Source: Ostrea edulis (lineage: Eukaryota). Taken from it: DNA of 64,000 bases. How positions within the stretch are numbered: the stretch's first letter is position 1; the number at the start of each line of letters is the position of its first letter. The translations under genes and the position numbers were made by a program. The notes under the pieces are model-generated. The model was not told where the DNA came from and ran no database searches. It was given only the letters and a program-made list of their open reading frames with translations. The DNA lies in contig NC_079169.1 in NCBI RefSeq assembly GCF_947568905.1, forward strand, positions 72,974,001 to 73,038,000. The letters are read 5' to 3'. This document shows positions 1 to 10,824 of the stretch, in pieces.

Positions 1-830
1 CCTATTACTTATTTGTGTGATATATGATCAATACCTGCACAAAACTGTTGAAATAACGAACCAATACCTCGTATCAGGTATATGTTTTGAGTGACTTTGA
101 GCTTTCTGAAAATGACCTTGGTCCAAAAGATCAATAAAGTTCTGTTGAAATATTGATAATAAAGTTTTTCTCATGTACAAGGTATATGTTCTGAGTGGCA
201 TTGACCTTTCCAAATGGCATTTGTCTGAAAACCATTTACCTGTTACTTATTTGTGTGATATATGATCAATACTTGTTCAAACGCTGTTGAAATAAGTCCC
301 ATGAGGACCTAAGTTAGAATATGTCCTCAGTACCCCTTGCATGTCGTACAAGGCGACTAAATGGGGCGGTCCTTCGGATCAAATACAGATGCCCCGTGTC
401 ACAGCAGGTGTGGCACGATATAGATTATTACCTGCTCAAAGGCCGTAAGAGCCAAACATAGACCTACATACAGCCCTTCATCGGTAATGGTGACGTCTCA
501 ATATGAGTGAAACATTCTCGTGTGGGACGTTAAAAATATACAATCCATCAATACTATTGAAATAAGGAACTTTTTCCTTGTCTATGTTGATGTTCTGAGT
601 GACCTTGACCTTTTAAAAATGACCTTGAGTGACCTTTGTCTGAAAGCCATTTAGCCGTTACTTAATTGTGTGACATACATGATCAATGCCTGTTGAAAAA
701 CTTGAAATGGGGAACCTTTTCCTCATAAAAGCTATGTTCTGAGTGTCCTTGACCTTTCAAAACGACCTTAGGAGAACTTGGTTCAAACAATCGGTAACTG
801 TTGAAATTATGTTTCTTTTCATTGTTGAAA
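1..830. repeat. Degenerate tandem repeat (about 100-210 bp related units) interrupted by a SINE-like insertion
   Basis: Motifs ATGTTCTGAGTG..TTGACCTTT and TTACTTATTTGTGTGATATATGATCAATAC recur near 5, 185-270, 590-690 and 735, and again near 1205. Confidence 0.6.
297..552 (+). mobile_element. SINE-like repeat, diverged copy
   Basis: Matches the family GGGGATCCGGGTTAGAATAGGTCCTCAGTACCCCTTGCTTGTCGTAAGAGGCGACTAA...GACGTTAAA...(AATC)n seen at least 6 times in the window. Confidence 0.75.
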
Positions 831-970
831 TAAAGTTTTTTACCGGTTAACAGGGGATGCTTACTCCTCCTAGATACTTTCATAAGTAAGGGAAAAAAAA
901 CTTCATTTCAACAATGAAAATAGCCCCCCCCCCCAAAAAAAAAAACAACACACAAAACAACAAGGATTCC

Positions 971-1198
971 TTGGGGATCCAGGTTAGAATAGGTCCACAG
1001 TACCCCTTGCTTGTCGTAAGAGGCAACTAAATTGGACGGTCATTCGGATGAATCCCCAAAACCGAGGTCTCGTTTCACAGCAGATGTGGTTCGATAAAGA
1101 CTCTTCCGTGCTCAATGGTCATAAGCGCCGAGCATAGGCGTAAATACAGCCATTTGAGTGAAAAATTCTCGAACAATATACAATCAATCAATCACAAA
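971..1198 (+). mobile_element. SINE-like repeat copy
   Basis: Same head (GGGGATCCAGGTTAGAATAGG), core and CAATCAATCAATC tail as the other copies. Confidence 0.75.
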
Positions 1199-1261
1199 GA
1201 ATATGCTCTGAGTGACATTGACCTTTCCAAGATGACTGGTATAAAAGCCGTTTGCCGGTTA

Positions 1262-2393
1262 CTTATTTTTGTGCAAAACTTTTCTCAAATCAACAACATC
1301 AAAACGTATGACTTTTCAACACTTTACACGACCATTCCTCACAATAACTTAAAGACTAGACTTTTTTACATCATAAACAGTTGCTTCTTCAACAAAAATG
1401 GAAAACGCAAATTATTCATATCTAGTGATTAGTCATTCAAAAATGACTGTTAAAACACCACTCTGATTCAATGCACAATTACTCTAAAGTTGAAATACCA
1501 AATATGCTGGAGTTCATCATTGACAATATCTTCCTGGTCTTTGGTGATCAGGTCGTCAAACAGTATGTTGGAAAATTTTCATGGGCACGAATTGTGCTCC
1601 TTTCTTAGCTGACCTGTTTTGTATTCCTATGAAGCAGAATTTATTCAAAAACTTCTACGTGAGAAGGAAACATCTCTTACTGTGGCCTTCAATTCGACAT
1701 TTAGATATATCGACTTTTTGTCCATTAACAATAACTTTCATTCATATGTCGATTCGATATATCCATGTGAACTCGAAATAAAAGACACCACGGAGTCGTC
1801 CACTTCTGCTTCATACTTAGATATTTCATTGAAAGTAGATACTAACGGCAAACTAACAACTCAACTTTATGATAGAGGGGATTATTTCAGCATCTCTATA
1901 GTCAACTCCCCATATTTATGTAGCAATGTTTTATTATCGCCTGCATACGGTGTAGATATATCTCAGCTGATTCGATACGCAAGGGCTTGTTCTGCGTATG
2001 GTCAGCTTTTAAATCGAGGCAGGCTACTGACAAAGTTGATGGTGCAGGGGTTTCAACAGTCTCGTTTGAAGTCAGCATTTCTCAAATTCTCTGGTCGTTA
2101 TAACTATCTAGTTTGCCAATACAACCTATCATTGGGTTGAATGCTGTCTGACGTGTTTCATTCCGATAGTTAGACCTTTCTCGGCACACTGACTTTGACT
2201 ACGGATAATTCCGTTTACCTGATCAAAATAGAGGGCTCATGGCGGGTGTGACCGATCGACAGGGGATGCTTACTCCTCCTAGGCACCTGATACCACCTCT
2301 GGTATGCCCAGGGGTCCGTGTTTGCCCAACTCTCTATTTTGTATTGCTTATGGGATTTATGAGATTGATCACTGTTCGTTGTCTTCACCTTCC
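1262..2393 (+). mobile_element. Penelope-like retroelement, 5'-truncated, degraded RT plus 3' UTR
   Basis: ORF pieces TYDFSTLYTTIPH, MGTNCAP.LADLF, TFRYID, LY.R.D.F...IVN.P.L.SN are PLE-type RT motifs; frameshifted; ends at CTTCACCTTCCAT. Confidence 0.85.
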
Positions 2394-2411
2394 ATTCATG
2401 ATAAAAAAAAA

Positions 2412-3978
2412 CCTGAGTAAACTCAGGTGACCAATTGCAATTGGTTGTCGTCCATCGTGCGTTAACAATTGAATATTTTTAACGTCTTGATAACTACCAT
2501 TCCATTTTTATTTTTCAAATGTGGCATGAAGCATCATTGGGACAAGTGGGACATAAATTGTAAATTGCAGTACTCTTGCACCCCTAGGGCCTTAGGAGCT
2601 GGGCAAAAAACTGCGAAAAATTGACAATTTTTCAAAACTCTTCTTCTCTACAACCGCACAAGTGTAAGAAAAACTATATGTATAGTAATGTAGAGGAGGA
2701 GGGCTTCTACCAAAATTGTATATTTCTTGATCCCCGGGGATAGAGGTTCTGACCCCAGGGCGGGGCCAAACTTGATGCATAGCGTTTGTGTGTAAAACAT
2801 TTAAATATTTTTAGTGTTATTGGTACTAAATTAAAACTAAATAGATATTTAGAAAGAGCAGATAGTCCTTTACCAAAATTGTAAATTTGATGATTCCAGG
2901 TGTAGGGGTTTTGGTATCAGGGTGGGGTCAAAGAGGGTCAGTTATTACATGTGTGAACTTCTTGATACCTACCATTCTATTTTTTTTTCCAATTTTGTAT
3001 GAAGCATCTTTGGAACAAGGCGGACGTAAATTGTGAATTTCTGGATTCCTGCACCCCTGGGGCCTTGGGGGACAGGGGAAATATTGACACACTTTTAGTT
3101 TGTTTTTCTTTTCTACAACCGCAACTTCTGTAGGAAAAACTAAATGCATAGTGATGTAGATGTAGATGCCCAACTATCTATTTTGTATTGCTTGTAGGAG
3201 TTATGAGATTGATCACTGTTCGTTATCTTCACCTTGCATAAGGAAGAACTGTACCTAAATTGGGAATTTCATGATCTCCAGGGTAGAGGTTCTGACCCCA
3301 GGGTGGGGCCAAATTTGTTATATACAATGTATATGTGTAAAACATTTAGATAATATATTTTTTAATGCTATTGATACAATATTGAAAATAAATAGATATT
3401 TAGAAGAAGTAGACAGTTCTATGCCAAAATTGTAAATTTCATGATCCTATGGGTAAAGGTTGGTCCAGAGTTGAGCCAAAATTATGAGAGTGATTATATT
3501 TTCTTTATCATTTGAAATACGTCTTGAAGTTTGCAGAAATGGTATATTTAGAAAAAGCAGAAAAGGATGTACCAAACTTGTGAATTTCACAACCCCAGGG
3601 TATTGACGCTAAGATGGGTCCAAATTAGATGTAGTCATATTATATTAATGTTACGCATATTATATTATGTAAAGCCTTTCGTCACTATAAGCACGTTCGA
3701 TGGCAGTTAAAAGAAAGATGTGATTTTAAAACCTGTTCATGTACTTTTGTTGAATATAATATTCAAAACAGGAATTTTGTTTCTAGATTTCATAGGCCTT
3801 GGGACTAGTGATACATATCATGTAAAACTTATACGGTACCAATTTTGATGCACCAGATGCGCATTTCGACAAATAATGTCTCTTCAGTGATGCTCAACCG
3901 AAATGTTTGAAATCCGAAATAACTATGAAGTTTTATAACTAATATTCAGGTGACCGATAAGGTCTGTGGACCTCTTGT
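2412..3978 (-). mobile_element. Helentron/HINE-like non-autonomous element with degenerate internal tandem core
   Basis: CTCAGGTGACC start, repeated AAATTGTAAATTTCATGATCC..GGGGTAGAGGTTCTGACCCCAGG units, and CAGGTGACCGAT..CCTCTTGTT end. Contains a PLE 3' fragment (3168-3239) and the hammerhead element. Confidence 0.65.
3850..3893 (-). ncRNA. Minimal type I hammerhead ribozyme (copy 1, inside 113-bp element 3823-3935)
   Basis: Minus strand reads GCAUCA CUGAAGA GACA-UUAUU-UGUC GAAA UGCGCA UC UGGUGC: complete catalytic core, stem II, palindromic stem III and a 6-bp stem I. Confidence 0.85.
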
Positions 3979-4440
3979 TGAAAATACCTGAGGGTATGAA
4001 CAGCAATGCTTAACGCCAGCATACTTTTCATGAAGCGCTAACGCGATTTATGAAGTATGCACGCTAAAGCGATTGATGAAGTATGCACGCTAAAGTGATT
4101 GATGAAGTATGCACGCTAAAGCGATTGATGAAGTATGCACGCTAACGTGATTGATGAAGTATGCACGCTAACGCGATTGATGAAGTATGCACGCTAACGC
4201 GATTGATGAAGTATGCACGCTAACGCGATTGATGAAGTATGCACGCTAACGTGATTGATGAAGTATGCACGCTAACGCGATTGATGAAGTATGCACGCTA
4301 ACGCGATTGATGAAGTATGCACGCTAACGTGATTGATGAAGTATGCACGCTAACGCGATTGATGAAGTATGCACGCTAACGCGATTGATGAAGTATGCTG
4401 GCGTGAAGCTTTGTAGTTCATGCTCTCATGATATTTTCAA
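3978..4440. mobile_element. Foldback/MITE-like element with about 50-bp imperfect TIRs enclosing a 26-bp minisatellite
   Basis: Left TTGAAAATACCTGAGGGTATGAAC...ACGCCAGCATACTT is the near reverse complement of right AAGTATGCTGGCGT...TTCATGCTCTCATGATATTTTCAA. Confidence 0.65.
4030..4397. repeat. 26-bp minisatellite, about 14 copies
   Basis: Unit ATGAAGTATGCACGCTAACGCGATTG is directly visible. Confidence 0.95.
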
Positions 4441-4954
4441 ATCTTAGATAAAACGCAATAAACACAACATGCACCGAGGCGTAACGTTTTCAAAATATTT
4501 TTGCATCGTTACACTCCAAAAAATAATACTTTCCAGTTAATAACTCGATTGTGTGAAATAGGCAGGCATGTATGATCCAGTGCACTCAGTACGATATCTA
4601 AACAAACATCCACAAGGACCTGTGCACTGCATGATATATTTCACCGGGACAGTTACATCCGATGTCGGTATGTCAAAAATTTGTTCCAAACATTTGAATG
4701 TTTCTGGGTGAATTCCGTATTCTAATAATTAGTTTACAAATTGTAAATGGAACTTATTTGTCATAGAGCATTTAATTGATGAATGTATATTATTGAAAGG
4801 TGAGCACTCGTGTCTACGTAGACGGGGCAAAGGTTCTTCTTTACATTTGCAATACATGAGGTTCACGTACTATCCATCACTGACTCAAATTAAAGACAAG
4901 GTATAAACAGATATTCATTTTACAGACATCACAACATTTCTTTAGACATGTACA

Positions 4955-5344
4955 CAGGGCTTGAAGCTAACTTTTTATGTCACCAGTCCAGCCGAACTGA
5001 TGGGGTATAATTTCAACCAGTCCGCAGAAAAATTTACCAGTCCAACAGAGTTTTCCAGAAATAATTAAACATATTTAATTTCGTTAATGTTATCAAAATG
5101 AAATTTAGCTCAATATGTCTCAGACAATATTGTAACACTTAAATGTGGGATTTATATTTACGAATCAGATTCGTCTGATATCTACAGATCAAAGCATGCC
5201 AAATGTGTGTATAAGATTTCATAAGTATATGCTTTAGAAAATTAACCAGTCCCACCGGACTGACTAAAACAAATGTCAGTCAGTCCGCCAGACTTTTAAC
5301 CAGTCACAGACTGACTGACGGGCATATGTTAATTTCGAGCCCTG
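4955..5344. mobile_element. MITE with CAGGGC termini (hAT-like)
   Basis: CAGGGCTTGAA ... TTCGAGCCCTG; flanks ATGTACA / TTGTACA are a near-match; internal repeated ACCAGTCC motifs. Confidence 0.6.
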
Positions 5345-5984
5345 TTGTACAACCATGTAAATGTTTTGTCAGCGAACTATTTATACCCGCTCTCTCGAAA
5401 GAAAGTTCGGGTATGTCCGTCCGTCTATCGCTTTCTTCTTCCTCAAACTCCTCTTTTATTTTAAGCGGGAACCAATTAATCTTTTGGAATATGATAGGTT
5501 TGCATGGTGTCTTGTAGATGTGCAATAAGGTTTCGGAATTTTCATTTTCATCGTATAGTCCTAATGGAGATCTAAAAACGACGGTTTTTTGGGGCTATTA
5601 TAAAATCCTGGTTCCCGGAACTCCTCTTACAATTCAGATAGTAGCCAAATCATCGTTTGGAAGATGACTATGTGTGTCCTGGTGATATGCAATGGAGAAC
5701 AAGACACGTTATTCGCCAAAATCGACCGCACTTCAAAAACCGACCATGTTTTGAAGGTAGAAAGGTATCAATTTTCTTATTTCATTCATATATAATGTAT
5801 ACCATTTTGTTTTAGTTGATTTTGAGAAAATAAAGTTTCAGTATAGCAGTATCTTCCGACGGTCGTTTCGGAACGACGTCATCGACTTTAAAGATTTCTA
5901 AAAGGTACAATATTAACTCTTCATATAAGAAAATACTCATTGAGTTCAAAGATTATTAAAAACTGGCATGTTATGGAAAATACA

Positions 5985-6247
5985 TTATGCGTTTATCGTG
6001 TTCACAGCGTTCGCTTCGTAACCGGGAGGTCGTGAGTTCGAGACCCGCTCGTGGCCTCGTGCCATGGCCGCGTCAAACGTTAAAATATGTGGTGATTACT
6101 CCTTCGCCAAATGCTCGGCATTTAGAAGATGTTCTTAAAAACGAGGGTCCCGTGTTGCGACAGGTGTTGACAGGATAAAGAACCCACACTGCTACGGCCT
6201 TGAGCGCTAAGCATAGGTCTAAATTTGTGATGCTTCGCCTACAGCTA

Positions 6248-6279
<32 letters not shown>

Positions 6280-6310
6280 CGAGACGTAAAATCATCAATG
6301 AATCAATCTT
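5985..6310 (+). mobile_element. tRNA-headed SINE
   Basis: B-box-like GAGTTCGAGACCCG at about 6034; the 3' half (CCCGTGT..CAGGTGT..GATAAAG..GTGACGTCTCAATATGAGTGAAA..GACGTAAAA..AATCAATC) is shared with the other SINE-like copies. Confidence 0.7.
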
Positions 6311-6410
6311 GATATGTGCAACAGGAATTTACATGGTTAAGGGGTAATGCCCTCAATTGTTTTTTAAAATGCATTTCAACAATTATGAAATAGGGTTTGG
6401 GATGATCCCA

Positions 6411-8905
6411 GTATGGAGAGCCAAAGAGTTCAATATTCTATCTTTGTAATTATGTATTTGTTGTTACTAAATGCGCCTTTGGTTCAATGTAAAATAGAAA
6501 AATGTTAATCGTTATCTTGACATTTGTAGTACATAACGGTATATTCGTTATTGAATGGCGTAAGATGTAAAGGAATGTAATGTCTGTGTAGATGCGTAAC
6601 AAGTGAAAGCATTATTTATTCAATGTAAATTTGAAATTAGATCTTCGTCATCCGTATTTGAGCATTTGTACATTGCAGTTGCGAGTTACAGTAAAAAAAA
6701 ATTGGTAATCCGTCCGATGATAGTTCGACATTCGAATTTGCTCATTCGTTTACTGCATTTCAACATTTGTTCGTTGTTTTACCATTATGACGACAGAGGG
6801 CGCGCTACATCGAATCTTTTGGGAAACAAACTATAGAATCATATTGGAGGACCAGTTTATGTGACATTCCCTCGGAGCTATTATTGTCCCGGCCTTTTTA
6901 AGTCCGAGGTAAATTATTTTATTTTGTGCAAGGAAGATATTTTGATTTATTTTCTGTGAATGTAACTAATTCATAAGTATTAATTTGATAAATGAATCCA
7001 ATGATAAAAAATACATCAAAAATGCATTTCAGAAATCACCCCAAATTCTTTACCAATTCATTCTTCATTCAATAATAAACAAATTTAATACTTGAAATTA
7101 ATTGATTATTGATCAATTATAGTGCGTCCGATTATACTGATAATCAATCATGAAAAAATATTCCGATGGTTCATCACTACGACTGTTTAAACGTTTGGAC
7201 ACAATTCCCTAACAGGGCAATTGTTACACTAAAAATGGAATTGTTACTCTTTTTTAGTGTAATTAACTGTATCATGGGATTTTCAGTTGTTTCCACTCTA
7301 TTCTTATGTTTGCTTTGAGTAAAAAATTAAGTGCAAGAATACTTCTACATCCTCTAAATATTTAGAGTCTAGGAAGCGTATATTTACATATATGTACAAG
7401 GACTCTATATGTGGCCAACAAGGTTTATAACCTCTAACAGCTAGACTATGAAATAAAAAAGATAATGTTTCTTTCTCTGCTTTAAACAGACAAAATGAGT
7501 GGTTTACAATAAAGAGGCTTGACAGAGGACAACTGGAACAATTTTTTGACAAGAGAAAAGTATCTCAAATTAAACTATATCAAAATACCCCCGGTAATGT
7601 TGATTAATGATACATATTTAACAAAAATATAGGAGTTTTGAAATTGAGTTAGCTATCTTGTGGAGAGAAAAAGAAGGGGGTGATCAGATACGAAACAAGT
7701 GCTTGTGGAAATAATGTAAAATTCAAATCTAGACCATGGCTCAGGCTACTGGTTTTATGGCCTGGCCTATTAAAAATTATGGAAAAATAGCCCGATTGGT
7801 CTATTACATAAAAACTTTAAATATGTTACATTCAAGGTTGGCTGTCATTTAATGAAAACAACTGGTAAATGATAACTGATTCACTTTGTTTACAAATATA
7901 AAACCTATAGGCGTCGGAACCGGGGGGGGGGGGGGGGGACTAGGGAGGGGCTTAACCCCCCTCCACTTTTTTTGCAAAGATAGACATAATAACCCCCCCC
8001 CCCCAACGACGTAGAAACGTTTTTATTGGTTTACGCCCCCCATTTTCCGACGCCTATGAAACCAGAATAGTTTTTGCGTGTTTTAGAATTCTTACCCAAT
8101 GTACATATTAACTATTTAATATTGTGAATTACGTATTTCAGTGACAGCAATGTAAAAATGGTGGGGAAGGGGCGCGAAAACGAAAATTTATCCCAATCAA
8201 AGCAAATATGTACAAGAGTTCTTGGTCTCGCACAAATAAATGTAACGTCCCTGGTGGTATATGGTTACTAAATGGCATACACTGTTTGTTTAAAGTAGAC
8301 TCATGGAAAAAATCAGTCCAGTCATCTATATTGATGCTTACAACAATGTTCTACATCAGGTCTCCGATCAAACTACTTCAGCAGAATATTTTCAACGACT
8401 TTTAGCGCCAACCGGTTAATGTTGAGTGTGCTAGACATCCAAGTAGTCCCGAGTGTTAACTGGTCCTCCTATATGATTCTATAGTCTGTTTCCCAAAAGA
8501 TACGATGTAGCGCGCGCCCTCTGTCGTCATAATGGTAGAACAATTTACAAATGTTGAATTGCGCAAATGCGAATGTCGAACTAACATCGGACAGATTATC
8601 AAAACACATTTACCACAACTCGCATGGACTTAACAAACTACAATGTGCAAATGCTCAACTACGGATGACGAAGATTCAATTTCAAATTTACATTGAATAA
8701 ATAATGCATTCACTTGTTACGCATCTACACAAACATATATTCCATTTACATCTTACGCAATTCAAATGACGAATATACCGTTATGCACTACAAATGTCAA
8801 GATAACGATTAACATTTTTCTATTTATATTGAACCCATGGCGCATTTAGGAACAACAAATACATAATTACAAAGATAGAATATTGAACCCTTTGGCTTTC
8901 CATAC
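6411..8905. mobile_element. Non-autonomous DNA transposon with about 450-bp TIRs and 4-bp TSD (CCCA)
   Basis: 6411-6858 is the diverged reverse complement of 8457-8905; termini GTATGG...CCATAC; CCCA at both 6407-6410 and 8906-8909; no coding interior. Confidence 0.7.
7906..8058. mobile_element. Small MITE nested in the long-TIR element
   Basis: TAGGCGTCGGAA ... TTCCGACGCCTA TIR; AAACC direct repeat on both sides. Confidence 0.65.
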
Positions 8906-8992
8906 CCCAGAGCACTTGCCCGACGAAATACTCAATGGATATTGACATGTGCAGATATGTGGTATTGCTATTGTGACTTCTTTGCTAGTTTG

Positions 8993-9266
8993 TCCCCTGG
9001 GGATCCGGGTTAGAATAGGTCCTCAGTACCCCCTTGCTTATCGTAAGAGGCGACTAAATGGGGCGGTCCTTCGGACGAGACCGCAAATGACAGGTCCCGT
9101 GTCACAGCAGGTGTGGCATGATAAAGATCCTTCCCTGCTCAATGGTCATAAGCGCCGAGCATAGGCCTAAATTTTGCAGCCCTTCACTGGCAGTGGTGAT
9201 GTCTCCATATGAGTGAAATATTCTCCAGAGGGACGTTAAACAATATTCAATCAAATTCAATCAATC
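8993..9266 (+). mobile_element. SINE-like repeat, full copy
   Basis: Full family consensus with (TCAA)n tail. Confidence 0.8.
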
Positions 9267-10305
9267 TTTGCTAGTTACACAAGTACGACGGAGAATATAT
9301 CTTGCGTGCGGGTATTACTGTCTTATGACAGCATCTAGTCATGCCACCCCCTCCTAAAAGGGGAACATATTGTTTTAGTGTGAATTCTTCTTCTTCGGCT
9401 TCTCATACAAAGTTGGTCCGGGCCATAACTTTTTTCGTTTGACATAAGCCTTTAAATATGTGGGTAACAGTGTGTCGCGTCCATTTTTGATGACCTTTGA
9501 CATGGCAGTAAAATGAAACAAGCATATATGTATAGCATTCTTTACGGTGTTGTATATATAATTTAGTTCACATCCAACCTAACTTGTGTACACCTTAGTG
9601 CTCATGTGTTGTCAGTATTCATTCCCTGATAGGTTAAAGAGATAGTAAATCTCATTTTGGTGGAATTTGTCCCCCCACTCCCCCAATCATCTTAATATCT
9701 CTTTCTAATATAATTTAAAAAAGACCAATGAATGATACTTTTCAATTTTGAAATTATATATTGTACAGAGTGTATATGTAGGTGAATGCTGTGTACCGCC
9801 AAACTCTGGAAAATGGAGACATCAGTTTTTGTGTGCTACGTCCTTGTTTGATTTTATAACAACGATAGTATTACTGTTGAAATTTATGCTTCTTGACGAA
9901 GGAAGTGCATAACTGGGGCCAAGATTCTACGCATCAAAGTCATTACTTACACCAACACACGGAGATCTAAAAACCCAATTGATAAGAAACAACATAACGT
10001 ACATTATTGTTTAAATAGATAATATAAAAAACAACAACTCAGAGCTCCAAGGTTATGATGCTAATATCAGGCTGCATATGTTAGTTCTCTTTGCCACTGC
10101 GTATAAGCGAGTTTGAGAACATGCAATCTTTGTATCACAGGCAACATGGCAATTTAGTAACATTTAGAACAAAGTTGCACCATCTTTTAAAAGATAATTG
10201 CTCAATAATTTGAAAAATAGTGCCCTTGTGCTTCTTTTTTAAATATTAAATAATTTTTCAATGTATGACAAAATATTTCTTGGAAGTTTTAAACGATAAC
10301 TGTGG

Positions 10306-10461
10306 NNNNNNNNNNNNNNNNNNNNNNNNNNNNNNNNNNNNNNNNNNNNNNNNNNNNNNNNNNNNNNNNNNNNNNNNNNNNNNNNNNNNNNNNNNNNNNN
10401 NNNNNNNNNNNNNNNNNNNNNNNNNNNNNNNNNNNNNNNNNNNNNNNNNNNNNNNNNNNNN
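10306..10461. other. Assembly gap (156 N)
   Basis: Run of N characters. Confidence 1.
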
Positions 10462-10707
10462 AGGTCCTCTGGGTCAGTTTTTGAATGTTAGAAGTTTTCG
10501 TCCAATTTTGGGGGTTTTCTGGTACAGTAGTTCTTGAGAATATGATACTCTAAATACCCAACCCTATCTTTAAATTATCTACCATTGGAATGGGTGGAAA
10601 ATGGAATCCAGGCATCCCGGTTACAAAGCGTGCCCTAACTACTAGGCTATCATGACCGGTCACAAGTTTTATCAACGATAGATGTACATCATATATCAAA
10701 GATAAAA

Positions 10708-10787
10708 AAAAAGAGCTGAAAGTTCAAGTGAGCTTTTCTGATCACCTGTTGTCCGTCCGTTTGTTTGTAAACTTTTCACATTTTCAA

Positions 10788-10824
<37 letters not shown>

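Noticed and set aside
4030-4397. CRISPR-like array
   Set aside because: Units are contiguous with no unique spacers, the context is eukaryotic, and there are no cas genes. The same applies to 47761-48420.
8993-9070. HDV-like, twister or pistol ribozyme in the SINE head
   Set aside because: An L3-like TCCTCAGT and a CTAA are present, but no consistent P1/P2 pairing order could be built by hand.
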